Source of the DNA: a virus
Strand: one strand, 5' to 3'
DNA: 63,693 nt
Virus record (IMG/VR): IMGVR_UViG_3300018954_000002
Span: 1-63,693 of that record
In this document: piece after piece, positions 16,088 to 23,565 of the stretch
Position numbering within the stretch: position 1 is the first letter of the stretch
Layout of the letters: every line of letters begins with the position of its first letter
Notes under the pieces: generated by a model
The model's input: the letters and a program-made list of their open reading frames with translations, nothing else
Told to the model about the DNA's origin: nothing
Database searches by the model: none
Position numbers and translations under genes: made by a program

Positions 16088-16287
16088 TGCAAGTGCAAGT
16101 GCCGCCGCGCCCTTTTCAGACGCGCCGGTACCTAGGGGGGGAGATGCAAAGGATCTTGCAAGCCGTCCGGTATGGACCGATTGCAAGGCGCGGTGCAAGT
16201 CCGGTTTGATCAGGTTGCAAGCCCCGCTGCAAGCCCTGCAAGTCACGCAGCGTAGGGATCCCGGACCTGCAAACGATCTACTGCAAG
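16088..16287 (+). repeat. Array of 11 TGCAAG/TGCAAA hexamers upstream of the traB-like gene
   Basis: Copies start at 16088, 16094, 16145, 16157, 16182, 16194, 16216, 16228, 16237, 16268 and 16282. Three pairs are 12 bp apart. Confidence 0.85.
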
Positions 16288-16303
16288 CGAGGGGGGCAGG
16301 GCC

Positions 16304-18505
16304 ATGGCGGTGAAGGCAGACGAGCGCCGCGAGCGCGAGCAGGGCGGCCACACCCGGCCGACCAGCAAGCGGCACGTCCCGTTCCTCGCGTCCTTCCTGG
16401 TCGCGTTCGTCGTCATCCCGGTCACGTTCGCGATCTCCCACGCCATCTACCTCTGGGACCCCGCGACCGGCCTCATGCTCGCGCACGGATGGTTCATCAC
16501 CGGCTGCACCGTCGCGTTGGTCGCCGTCGGGATCGGCCTGTTCCACGCCAAGCGCACCACGTTCCTGATCAAACACGTCGCGATCACCGTGTTCCTGTTC
16601 GGCGCGGCCGGCGACGTCATCACCCTCGCCGGATTCCGGCATCGCTTCCTCGACGTCGTGTGGTTCTTCGCGACCCTGATCGTGTGGCTGTCGTGGATGC
16701 TCTACCGCGTCGACGCCTTCCGTGCGAAGGCGACCGGCGAATCGAGCGACTCGTGGGGCGACGTCATCGGCCTTGCGAAGTCGCGGCCGAAGAAGGTTCG
16801 CACGACGCCCAGCGAAGTCATCATCGACGTCGAGCACGGCCCCGGCGAAACGATCGGCGACGTCCGCAACGCAGCGAAGGAACTGGAGGACAAGGCCGGT
16901 GCCATCGTCGGGCGAACGACCGTCATCGCGGGCGAACGTGGCGGGTCTTCGCAGATTCGCTTGACGATGGCGGACCCCTTCGACGAGTGGCGAAAGTTCC
17001 CCGGCCTTTCGCACCCCGGCGGTTCGTTCGCTCTGCCGTTTCGCACCGCGTACTACTCAACCGGCGACGACCAGTGGTTCGGTTTCGCTCGCGGCACCCT
17101 CGCTTCGCCGCTGACGAACTTCGTCGCGCCGCAGGCGACCTTCGTCGGCATCGTCGGCACCACCGGCGCAGGCAAGTCCGGCGAACAGAACAACATCGCC
17201 GCCGAGGGGCTTTCGCGGTGCGACGCGATCCTCTGCTGGGTCGACGCGGAGAAGCTGTTCCAGAACGCCGGGTGGTGCCTGGACATGCTCGGCATGGCGG
17301 CCCCGGACCGGCCGAAGGCGGCACGGCTTTCGCGGGCGCTCAAAAAGCTGGCCGAGCACCGGGTGCAGTTGTTCGGTCAGATGTCGCTCGACGCCGCCCT
17401 CGACCCCGACAACCCCGACGCCATCGGTGGCCGGGAGTGGACGCCGGAGGTCGCCCGGGAGACCGGGGAAGCCGCCGTGCTCGTCATCATGGACGAGGCC
17501 GACACGTTCCTGCAGAAAGGCGAATGGGACTGGCTCGGCAAGCGGGGCCGCTCCCTCGGGATCTTCCTGTGCCCGTCCGTGCCCCGGGCGTCGACACAAG
17601 AGGTGCCGGCGGCCTTCCGCGGCAGCATCGCCGCGTGGAAGACGTTCGCGATCGGCGACAAGTACAGCGGCGAGTTCACCCTGTCGCAGTCGACCCGCGA
17701 CGCCGGGGCGGACCCGGAGTCGCTGCGCATGCCGGGCGGCCACTGGTTCGACCTCGCGCCCGGCGTCGACCCCCGGCTGTGGCCGCTGCTCTGCCGATCG
17801 TTCTGGTCGGACGGCCGGATGCTGCGACAGATGGTCCTCGCCGCCCGCCAGCGGTTCACGCCGATGGACTTCACCGACGCGGCGAAGGCCGCGATGGGGC
17901 AGGACTACGAGGTGTGCACCCCCGCCGCGGTGATGGCTGTACGCGCGCCCGAGGTGCGCAACGAAGGCGACGGGGCCGCCGCGCCGGCGGACCCGCAGAC
18001 GACGCAGGAGACTCCCGGACCCGCCGGACCTGCCGACAGCAGAGGAGGAGATGACGTGGACACCGAGCCCGTCGAACGCACAGAAGAGGGCGCCCGCGCC
18101 CCGGAGGGGGATGATGGCGTCGTCGCCACTCTCTCTCACCCGGGCCTGCCGGGCGCCGCCGAGTCCGACCCCCGCGCGCCGATCGAGCGCGGCACCACGG
18201 GAGTCGAGGTGCCGGAGGACAAGCCGCCCGCCCCATCGAGAGAACAGGAAGACGCCGACCTCGACCACGCCCTGGTGAAGCTGTACCAGGACGACGTGTC
18301 CGAGTTCACCCCGGAGGACGTCGCCGATCGGCAGCAGTACGCGATGCAGCCGTGGACGATGTCGCGCCGGCTCGGTGCCCTCGCGGCGTCCGAGACGATC
18401 AAACCGCCCGGCCTCAAGGTCGAGCGACTCCGCGCCGGGCGGTACCTGTTGGTCCGCGTCGGCCCGTCCCCCCGCCCCACCAACGTCCCGCGAAAGGGTG
18501 AGTAG
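16304..18505 (+). CDS. traB: FtsK/SpoIIIE-family DNA translocase, TraB-like
   Basis: N-terminal TM helices, Walker A GTTGAGKS, Walker B VLVIMDEAD, an acidic linker and a C-terminal winged-helix-like tail. 733 aa. Confidence 0.85.
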   Translation: MAVKADERREREQGGHTRPTSKRHVPFLASFLVAFVVIPVTFAISHAIYLWDPATGLMLAHGWFITGCTVALVAVGIGLFHAKRTTFLIKHVAITVFLFGAAGDVITLAGFRHRFLDVVWFFATLIVWLSWMLYRVDAFRAKATGESSDSWGDVIGLAKSRPKKVRTTPSEVIIDVEHGPGETIGDVRNAAKELEDKAGAIVGRTTVIAGERGGSSQIRLTMADPFDEWRKFPGLSHPGGSFALPFRTAYYSTGDDQWFGFARGTLASPLTNFVAPQATFVGIVGTTGAGKSGEQNNIAAEGLSRCDAILCWVDAEKLFQNAGWCLDMLGMAAPDRPKAARLSRALKKLAEHRVQLFGQMSLDAALDPDNPDAIGGREWTPEVARETGEAAVLVIMDEADTFLQKGEWDWLGKRGRSLGIFLCPSVPRASTQEVPAAFRGSIAAWKTFAIGDKYSGEFTLSQSTRDAGADPESLRMPGGHWFDLAPGVDPRLWPLLCRSFWSDGRMLRQMVLAARQRFTPMDFTDAAKAAMGQDYEVCTPAAVMAVRAPEVRNEGDGAAAPADPQTTQETPGPAGPADSRGGDDVDTEPVERTEEGARAPEGDDGVVATLSHPGLPGAAESDPRAPIERGTTGVEVPEDKPPAPSREQEDADLDHALVKLYQDDVSEFTPEDVADRQQYAMQPWTMSRRLGALAASETIKPPGLKVERLRAGRYLLVRVGPSPRPTNVPRKGE
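16724..17333. repeat. TTCGC/GCGAA-dense island 2 (inside traB)
   Basis: About 20 copies by eye. GCGAA dominates from 16724 to 16932 (8 of 9). TTCGC dominates from 16948 to 17329 (9 of 11). Confidence 0.65.
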
Positions 18506-18508
18506 CCG

Positions 18509-18889
18509 ATGCCGCAGATGCCCCCGGCCAATCAGTCGACCAAGTACAACGAAGAGATCGAGGCGCTCGGCGTCGCCGTCCGCGCTGCGGCGATCGCCGG
18601 CCACGACTTCCTGTCCCCACTCGCCGCGTCGCTGTCTCGGCGCCTGGCGAAGGGTCTGCGTTCCGAGGGGCTGGACGGCGGCAACTTCGCCTCTCGGTTC
18701 CTGCGCGGCGGGGACGCCGCCCGGACCGCGATGTGGATCACCGAGCCGATGCGGGCCGCCGCGGCGGACCTCTACAACTGCTCCGTGAACATGACCACCT
18801 TCGTCCGGCGGTTCCGGGTCGGCTACGTCGACGCGATCATCCAGGCACGGAACACGGCGAAGGACGACGACATCGTCGTCGTCCGCTAA
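18509..18889 (+). CDS. Hypothetical protein (126 aa)
   Basis: Starts 4 nt after the traB stop. Protein-like composition. Confidence 0.6.
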   Translation: MPQMPPANQSTKYNEEIEALGVAVRAAAIAGHDFLSPLAASLSRRLAKGLRSEGLDGGNFASRFLRGGDAARTAMWITEPMRAAAADLYNCSVNMTTFVRRFRVGYVDAIIQARNTAKDDDIVVVR

Positions 18890-18915
18890 CGGCAGACGAG
18901 GCAGGAGGACCGGCG

Positions 18916-19311
18916 GTGTTCAACAGTCAGGCGCGGACCGAGCGCAGGAAGCGGGACCGCGAGCAACAGCGGTGGGCGGCGAACAAGCGCGTCGGCCACG
19001 ACCTCGCGTACTGGATCCTGTACGGGGGGCAGATGCTGGCCGCCGTTGGCCTCGCCCTGCTGGCCTTCGCAGCGGTATGGGTGTGGGTCTCCGTCGACCG
19101 CATCCTCATCGCGGAGACGCTCGGCGCCGTGGGGATCCTGATCCTCGCCGTGTATGCCGCGTGGTGGGCCCGGCGAGCGACCCCGCAGTCCCGCGTACTC
19201 GCTCGCGCCGCAGGCATGGCCAACAACGCGCTGGTCTGGCATCTCGTCGGAGCCGCCGGCCTCCTGCTCGTCGTGGCCGGCGTGCTGCTCTGGCAGCAGG
19301 TCGCGGCGTGA
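18916..19311 (+). CDS. Spd-like polytopic membrane protein (131 aa)
   Basis: GGAGGA RBS, 6 nt, GTG at 18916. Three or four hydrophobic helices. Confidence 0.6.
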   Translation: MFNSQARTERRKRDREQQRWAANKRVGHDLAYWILYGGQMLAAVGLALLAFAAVWVWVSVDRILIAETLGAVGILILAVYAAWWARRATPQSRVLARAAGMANNALVWHLVGAAGLLLVVAGVLLWQQVAA

Positions 19312-19544
19312 GCGGCGAGCGCCGCCGGGTGGAGGTCGTGGTCGTCCGCGGCCTTGCCCGGCTGCTCGCCGCCGGGACGGCACTGACCGCCCTCGGCGCG
19401 CTGGCCTTGGTCGGCTGCATGTGGTCGTGGGCCCGGGACGCGGGTGCCGACCCGTCCGTGCTGTGGATGCTCGGCGGGATCGCCGCCGTCCTGTTCGTCG
19501 GAGGGATGTTCTCCGTGGTGGCGTTCGAGTGGGCGCGGGCATGA
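19308..19544 (+). CDS. Small membrane protein, 2 TM helices (78 aa)
   Basis: GTGA overlap at 19308. Confidence 0.55.
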   Translation: MSGERRRVEVVVVRGLARLLAAGTALTALGALALVGCMWSWARDAGADPSVLWMLGGIAAVLFVGGMFSVVAFEWARA

Positions 19545-19990
19545 TCGCCGGGTCGCTCGTCCTGGCCGCGATCGCCCTGCTCGTGCTCGCGCTCCGGCTC
19601 GCCCGCCGCCGCGAACCGTCGCCGGGTCGGCAGGTGACGATCCAGCGCCGCGCCACACCGGCACCTCCGAAGCGACAGCCGCCGCGGCGCGACATCCCGC
19701 ACGCGCTCTACGTCTGCCCGCACCAGTTCGGCGGCGTCGTCTACGTCGGCATCTCGCACGAGCCGGAAGCGCGGCACGAGCGACGGATGGCTGAGTTCAG
19801 GCGCGGCAACCCCCGGGTCGCGTGGGTCGCCGACTCCACCGGCCGGATGCAGATCATTCGGTGGTACCCGGATCGGTCCGCCGCGCTTGCGGCCGAGGAC
19901 GCCCTGATCAAACGTCTCGCCCTGGAGGGACACCCGGTCGCCAACGTCCAGGGCAACCCGCTACGAAGGAGGACTCGTCGTGCTGCGTGA
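19541..19990 (+). CDS. Membrane-anchored GIY-YIG-like nuclease domain protein (149 aa)
   Basis: ATGA overlap. N-terminal TM helix MIAGSLVLAAIALLVLAL, then ALYVCPHQFGGVVYVGISHEPEARHERR...AAEDALIKRL...N. Confidence 0.5.
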   Translation: MIAGSLVLAAIALLVLALRLARRREPSPGRQVTIQRRATPAPPKRQPPRRDIPHALYVCPHQFGGVVYVGISHEPEARHERRMAEFRRGNPRVAWVADSTGRMQIIRWYPDRSAALAAEDALIKRLALEGHPVANVQGNPLRRRTRRAA

Positions 19991-20312
19991 CGTCCCGCAG
20001 GTGCAGTGCCACCACCGCGTCGAGGACGGCGGGAGGGCGCTGGTCGCCGTCCTCGTGTCGGCCGGCGTGCCGCTGGAGACCGCGTACATCCTGAAATGCG
20101 ACGACGTGCACCCGTTGGTCGAGCTGTACGCCCGCTCCCGGTGCCTGGCCAAGGGGGAGCGGACGCTGGTCGCCGAGCTCCCCGACCCGCCGACGCCGGA
20201 GCGCCCCGAGCCCCGATCCGTCGGGGCATCGGCGGTCACCGCCGCGCTGTGGGCGACCCTGGCCCTCGTCTTCCTCTGGCTGGCGGGCGCGCTCACGGCG
20301 GCGGTCCTGTAG
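19980..20312 (+). CDS. Hypothetical protein with a C-terminal TM helix (110 aa)
   Basis: Protein-like ORF ending in AVTAALWATLALVFLWLAGALTAAVL. Confidence 0.5.
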   Translation: MLRDVPQVQCHHRVEDGGRALVAVLVSAGVPLETAYILKCDDVHPLVELYARSRCLAKGERTLVAELPDPPTPERPEPRSVGASAVTAALWATLALVFLWLAGALTAAVL

Positions 20313-20521
20313 TGACCGTCTACGACTACGATCCGGACGAGTACGGGTGGCGTGTGGCGAATCCGCGCCTTGACTACGACCCCGACGTCGGTCAGCACTC
20401 GGCCGGCGAGGACCGGTACGCCGAGTGGCTCGCGTGGCACGACGCGCACTGCACCGACGACCACAGCACTGAGTCGTACCTGCGCGCGATCGTCACCATC
20501 GACCCGCATCCGTTCCTGTAG
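20312..20521 (+). CDS. Hypothetical protein (69 aa)
   Basis: GTG overlapping the previous stop by 1 nt. TVYDYDPDEYGWRV... Confidence 0.5.
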   Translation: MTVYDYDPDEYGWRVANPRLDYDPDVGQHSAGEDRYAEWLAWHDAHCTDDHSTESYLRAIVTIDPHPFL

Positions 20522-20532
20522 AGAGGACCCGC

Positions 20533-21435
20533 ATGGCCTCGTCCATCTGGCAGTGGGGCCGGCGCCCCGACCCGACGCCCGCCGACCGGTCCGCCGCGCT
20601 CGGCGGGCCCAACCCGAACACCGCATGGCCCACGGCGCTCGACATCAGTCAAGACGAGATGCAGCGCGGATGGCTTCCCCGAGAGGATCGACCCATGACC
20701 GAACCCCAGCCCCAACCTCCCGTCGACGACTGGCCCGAGGAGAGTCAGGCGGCGCCCGGCGACCGGCCGCCGCCGCAGCACGCCGCCGCCCCGGAGACGG
20801 AGCGCTTCGACCGCCGCCCGGACTGCCCTCACTGCCTCGGAACGGGGAAGACGTTGACCGCCAACGACAAGCTGCGCCAGTCCCTCGCGCTGTTCCCCGT
20901 CGAAGACGCGGCGGCGATGGACGGCATCGTCGCCGGCTTCTACGCCCGGCTCGTCGCCCGGGATCAGACCGGCGGCCCGGGGGGCGGGCCGAAGCCGCTC
21001 GGCGAGCAGCTCGCGCCGCTGTTCCCCCACGACCTCACCACCGGCCCCGCGCCGAACAGCCGGGGGAACCCGCAGCGGGACATGCTGCTGCACGCGCTCG
21101 TCGCCATGATCGAGGAGTACGACCCGGACAACCCGACGTCGCAGGGCATGCAGGTCCGCGAGCAGGAGTTGCTGCGCGCCGGGCGGTCGCACTCGTCGTT
21201 TCGTCGTCCGGACGGCTCGGAGCGCCCGCCCTCGGCTGCGGAGTACGCGGAGGTGTTCGACGTGCTCGCGGGCCTGCTGCACGAGGCGTTCGGCGACAAG
21301 TGGTTGCCGGAGTACGACGAGCTGTGGGCCGAGGCGTACGACGACGCGGTGGTCGTGATGCGCTACGCCGGCCGTGAGCACCAGAGGGAGACCGGCGGTC
21401 GCCTGGTGGGCCGGATGCCGAGGCAGGCGCGATGA
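20533..21435 (+). CDS. Globin-fold domain protein with an N-terminal extension (CPHC knuckle)
   Basis: The C-terminal ~200 aa follow a bacterial globin pattern: ...GIVAGFYARLVA...LFPHDL...PQRDMLLHALVAMI...GRSHSSF...EYAEVFDVLAGLLHEAFGDKW...LWAEAYDDAVVVM. Confidence 0.5.
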   Translation: MASSIWQWGRRPDPTPADRSAALGGPNPNTAWPTALDISQDEMQRGWLPREDRPMTEPQPQPPVDDWPEESQAAPGDRPPPQHAAAPETERFDRRPDCPHCLGTGKTLTANDKLRQSLALFPVEDAAAMDGIVAGFYARLVARDQTGGPGGGPKPLGEQLAPLFPHDLTTGPAPNSRGNPQRDMLLHALVAMIEEYDPDNPTSQGMQVREQELLRAGRSHSSFRRPDGSERPPSAAEYAEVFDVLAGLLHEAFGDKWLPEYDELWAEAYDDAVVVMRYAGREHQRETGGRLVGRMPRQAR

Positions 21436-21569
21436 ACTGGGGGTGGCTCCGACGCCGGCTCCTGGCGTCGCACCGGCACCGATGGGTGCGCGGCGACTCG
21501 GCGGGCGCGAGGGCGTGCGTCTCGTGCGGCGTGTGGCGCTGGCCGCTGGTCGGCCTGCGGCGCGGCTGA
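21432..21569 (+). CDS. Small basic Cys-containing protein (45 aa)
   Basis: ATGA-coupled. MNWGWLRRRLLASHRHRWVRGDSAGARACVSCGVWRWPLVGLRRG. Confidence 0.4.
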   Translation: MNWGWLRRRLLASHRHRWVRGDSAGARACVSCGVWRWPLVGLRRG

Positions 21570-21587
21570 CCCACTCTCCGAACGGTG

Positions 21588-21617
21588 GGCCCTCACTTCG
21601 GTGGGGGCCTTCCTCTT
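21588..21617 (+). terminator. Intrinsic terminator with a UUCG tetraloop
   Basis: GGCCCTCAC-TTCG-GTGGGGGCC, followed by TTCCTCTT. Confidence 0.7.
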
Positions 21618-21651
21618 GCGATCACTACAGCGCGCGCTGTAGTCTACGGGC
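21616..21651 (+). promoter_or_regulatory. Leaderless promoter with an 18-bp perfect palindrome in the spacer
   Basis: TTGCGA (21616-21621), 18 nt, TAGTCT (21640-21645), 6 nt, then ATG(21652). Palindrome CTACAGCGCGCGCTGTAG at 21625-21642. Confidence 0.65.
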
Positions 21652-21894
21652 ATGACGAACGTCATCGACCACCAGGACGCAGCCGGGATGGCAGGGGCTC
21701 CGCTCGGCGCCTTCATCGACGGCATTCGCGTCGGGACCGTGGCAGACCACAGCACGGACCCGTTCGGCGAGCACCTGGCCCGCCGCATGCGCGCCGCCCA
21801 CCAAGGCGCACACGTCGAGATCCTTCTGACCTGCCCCGGACACCCACACGTGGCCGCCGTCGACTGCCTCGACTGCGCGCCTGAGGACGAGTGA
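21652..21894 (+). CDS. Hypothetical protein (80 aa)
   Basis: Protein-like ORF. Confidence 0.6.
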   Translation: MTNVIDHQDAAGMAGAPLGAFIDGIRVGTVADHSTDPFGEHLARRMRAAHQGAHVEILLTCPGHPHVAAVDCLDCAPEDE

Positions 21895-21898
21895 GCAG

Positions 21899-22021
21899 GT
21901 GATCGCCCGCCTGCTCGCCGCGGCCGAAACCCTCGACCGCGTCATCTCCGACCTCCGCACGCTCGCATGGTGCGCAGCGTGCGCCGCCTACATCTGCGCA
22001 GTGGAAAGGACCCGCTCATGA
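21899..22021 (+). CDS. Small hypothetical protein (40 aa)
   Basis: GTG start. ATGA-type coupling to the next gene. IARLLAAAETLDRVISDLRTLAWCAACAAYICAV... Confidence 0.35.
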   Translation: MIARLLAAAETLDRVISDLRTLAWCAACAAYICAVERTRS

Positions 22022-22398
22022 CCCGAAACGCCGAACTCGCCTATCAGGTGCTCGACCACATCCTCGCCCACCCCGAGATGCACGACCAGGGCGATTGGTT
22101 CCGCAGGACCGAGTGCGGCACCGTCGCCTGCTTCGCCGGGTGGGCCACGCTGCTGTCCGGTCTCTCTTTCGCTCCCGGCTCGATCATTGTCGAGCACGCC
22201 CCCGATCATCTTCTGCGCCTGCGTGAGATGTCGGTCGGTCGGGCGGCGGCGCGGCTTCTCGGCCTGCCCGATCCGCACTGGACGGCCACCGAGGACGGCA
22301 ATGAGGCCGACGACCTGTTCCACCCCGGCAACGACCGGGAGGATCTGGCCGAGCGCGTGGAGAAGTATTTCGGCCCCCGCCCGGTGGCGACGTCATGA
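22018..22398 (+). CDS. Hypothetical protein (126 aa)
   Basis: GGAAAGGA RBS before the ATG at 22018. Confidence 0.6.
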   Translation: MTRNAELAYQVLDHILAHPEMHDQGDWFRRTECGTVACFAGWATLLSGLSFAPGSIIVEHAPDHLLRLREMSVGRAAARLLGLPDPHWTATEDGNEADDLFHPGNDREDLAERVEKYFGPRPVATS

Positions 22399-22643
22399 CC
22401 TTCCTGCACCGCGTCGGCTTCGCCGTCGCCCAAGTCGCCCGCCGGACGTGGGACTTCTACGCCGGGCCGGCGCTGACGCCCGACGCGCTTCCGCCGTACC
22501 CGCTGCGCTGCCAGCACTGTCCCGAGCCGATCGAGTTCGTCGGATGGTGCGGCGGCTCGATGTTCGCCGATCCGGCCGGGCGCATCACCTGCGACGCCGA
22601 GCAGCACATCCCGCACCGTCCCATGCCGAGCATCCTCGGCTGA
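22395..22643 (+). CDS. Hypothetical Cys-containing protein (82 aa)
   Basis: ATGA overlap. Confidence 0.55.
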   Translation: MTFLHRVGFAVAQVARRTWDFYAGPALTPDALPPYPLRCQHCPEPIEFVGWCGGSMFADPAGRITCDAEQHIPHRPMPSILG

Positions 22644-22656
22644 AAGAGAGACGACC

Positions 22657-23073
22657 ATGACCGAGAAGAGACCCATCCTGCCCGGCATCACCGGCCCCAT
22701 CTGGCGCGACCGCGACGGCGACCCGTGGGAGGAACTGCCCGATGGGCTCCTGCGTAACGTCGCGGACGACGGCGACCCCCACCCCGGGGCTGCCTATTCT
22801 CGCGGGTACGTAAAGAGCGTCTGGGGGTCACTCACCCGCGAGACGCCCCTCACGTGGGACCTCCCGCCCGAGCCGGGCCCCGAGGTGCGGGCGGTACGCA
22901 CCCAGGACGGCCAGATTTGGTGCCGCTCCGAAGGCCACCACGTAACCGGAGGTTGGCAGGCGATCCACAACGACCGAGGGGCTCGCCCTCGGTGGCATAC
23001 CTTGCTCTGCGGCATGGGCCAGCTCACCGACGCCACCGCCGAGGTCGAGGCGCAGGACGGAGCGACGGCATGA
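22657..23073 (+). CDS. Hypothetical protein (138 aa)
   Basis: Protein-like ORF. Confidence 0.6.
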   Translation: MTEKRPILPGITGPIWRDRDGDPWEELPDGLLRNVADDGDPHPGAAYSRGYVKSVWGSLTRETPLTWDLPPEPGPEVRAVRTQDGQIWCRSEGHHVTGGWQAIHNDRGARPRWHTLLCGMGQLTDATAEVEAQDGATA

Positions 23074-23339
23074 CCCGGCCGACCATCGTCGAGTGCCACG
23101 ACCGGTACCGCTCGACCTTCGACCACGCCGGCGTCGACATCCGAGGGACCCGACTCGGCATCGACTGCCACCTCGACGAAAGGGAGTGGCGTCTGCTGCG
23201 TGCCGACATCAAGGCGGGCAAGTACGACGACCTCTACCCGGACGAGCGGGTGCAGTGCACTGACCCTGAGTGCGCGAACGCCAACCCGCAGCCCCTCGCC
23301 CACGCCGAGCGGCCCCCGAGACGGTTCCCCGATGCCTGA
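23070..23339 (+). CDS. Hypothetical protein (89 aa)
   Basis: ATGA overlap at 23070. Confidence 0.55.
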   Translation: MTRPTIVECHDRYRSTFDHAGVDIRGTRLGIDCHLDEREWRLLRADIKAGKYDDLYPDERVQCTDPECANANPQPLAHAERPPRRFPDA

Positions 23340-23562
23340 CGACAAGGGACGTCTGTTCGCGTCCGACATCGCCGAGCAACTCGGCATCCAGCCGTCCGAC
23401 TGGCGTGCCCGAGTCTCCCGCGGGCACGCGCCCGGACCGATCGACCACGCCGTGCACGGCGGCGCGGTGCGTGCCGTATGGGACCCGGAGACGTTCTCCG
23501 AGTACCTGCGCAAGCGCGACGAGCGCCTCGCCTCGCGCGCCACCACCACGGAAGGAGATTGA
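23332..23562 (+). CDS. Small HTH-like DNA-binding protein (76 aa)
   Basis: LFASDIAEQLGIQPSDWRARVSRG. Confidence 0.5.
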   Translation: MPDDKGRLFASDIAEQLGIQPSDWRARVSRGHAPGPIDHAVHGGAVRAVWDPETFSEYLRKRDERLASRATTTEGD

Positions 23563-23565
23563 CCC

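Noticed and set aside
16088-16287. Possible CRISPR array or minisatellite
   Set aside because: The repeat unit is only 6 nt, with irregular spacing of 6-51 bp. There are no spacer-like unique segments of constant length and no cas genes. I interpret it as protein-binding sites.
16489-18054. 521-aa plus-strand ORF overlapping the traB-like gene
   Set aside because: It is extremely Arg/Pro/Gly-rich with no hydrophobic core. It is an alternative frame of the genuine 16304-18505 CDS, typical of high-GC off-frame ORFs.
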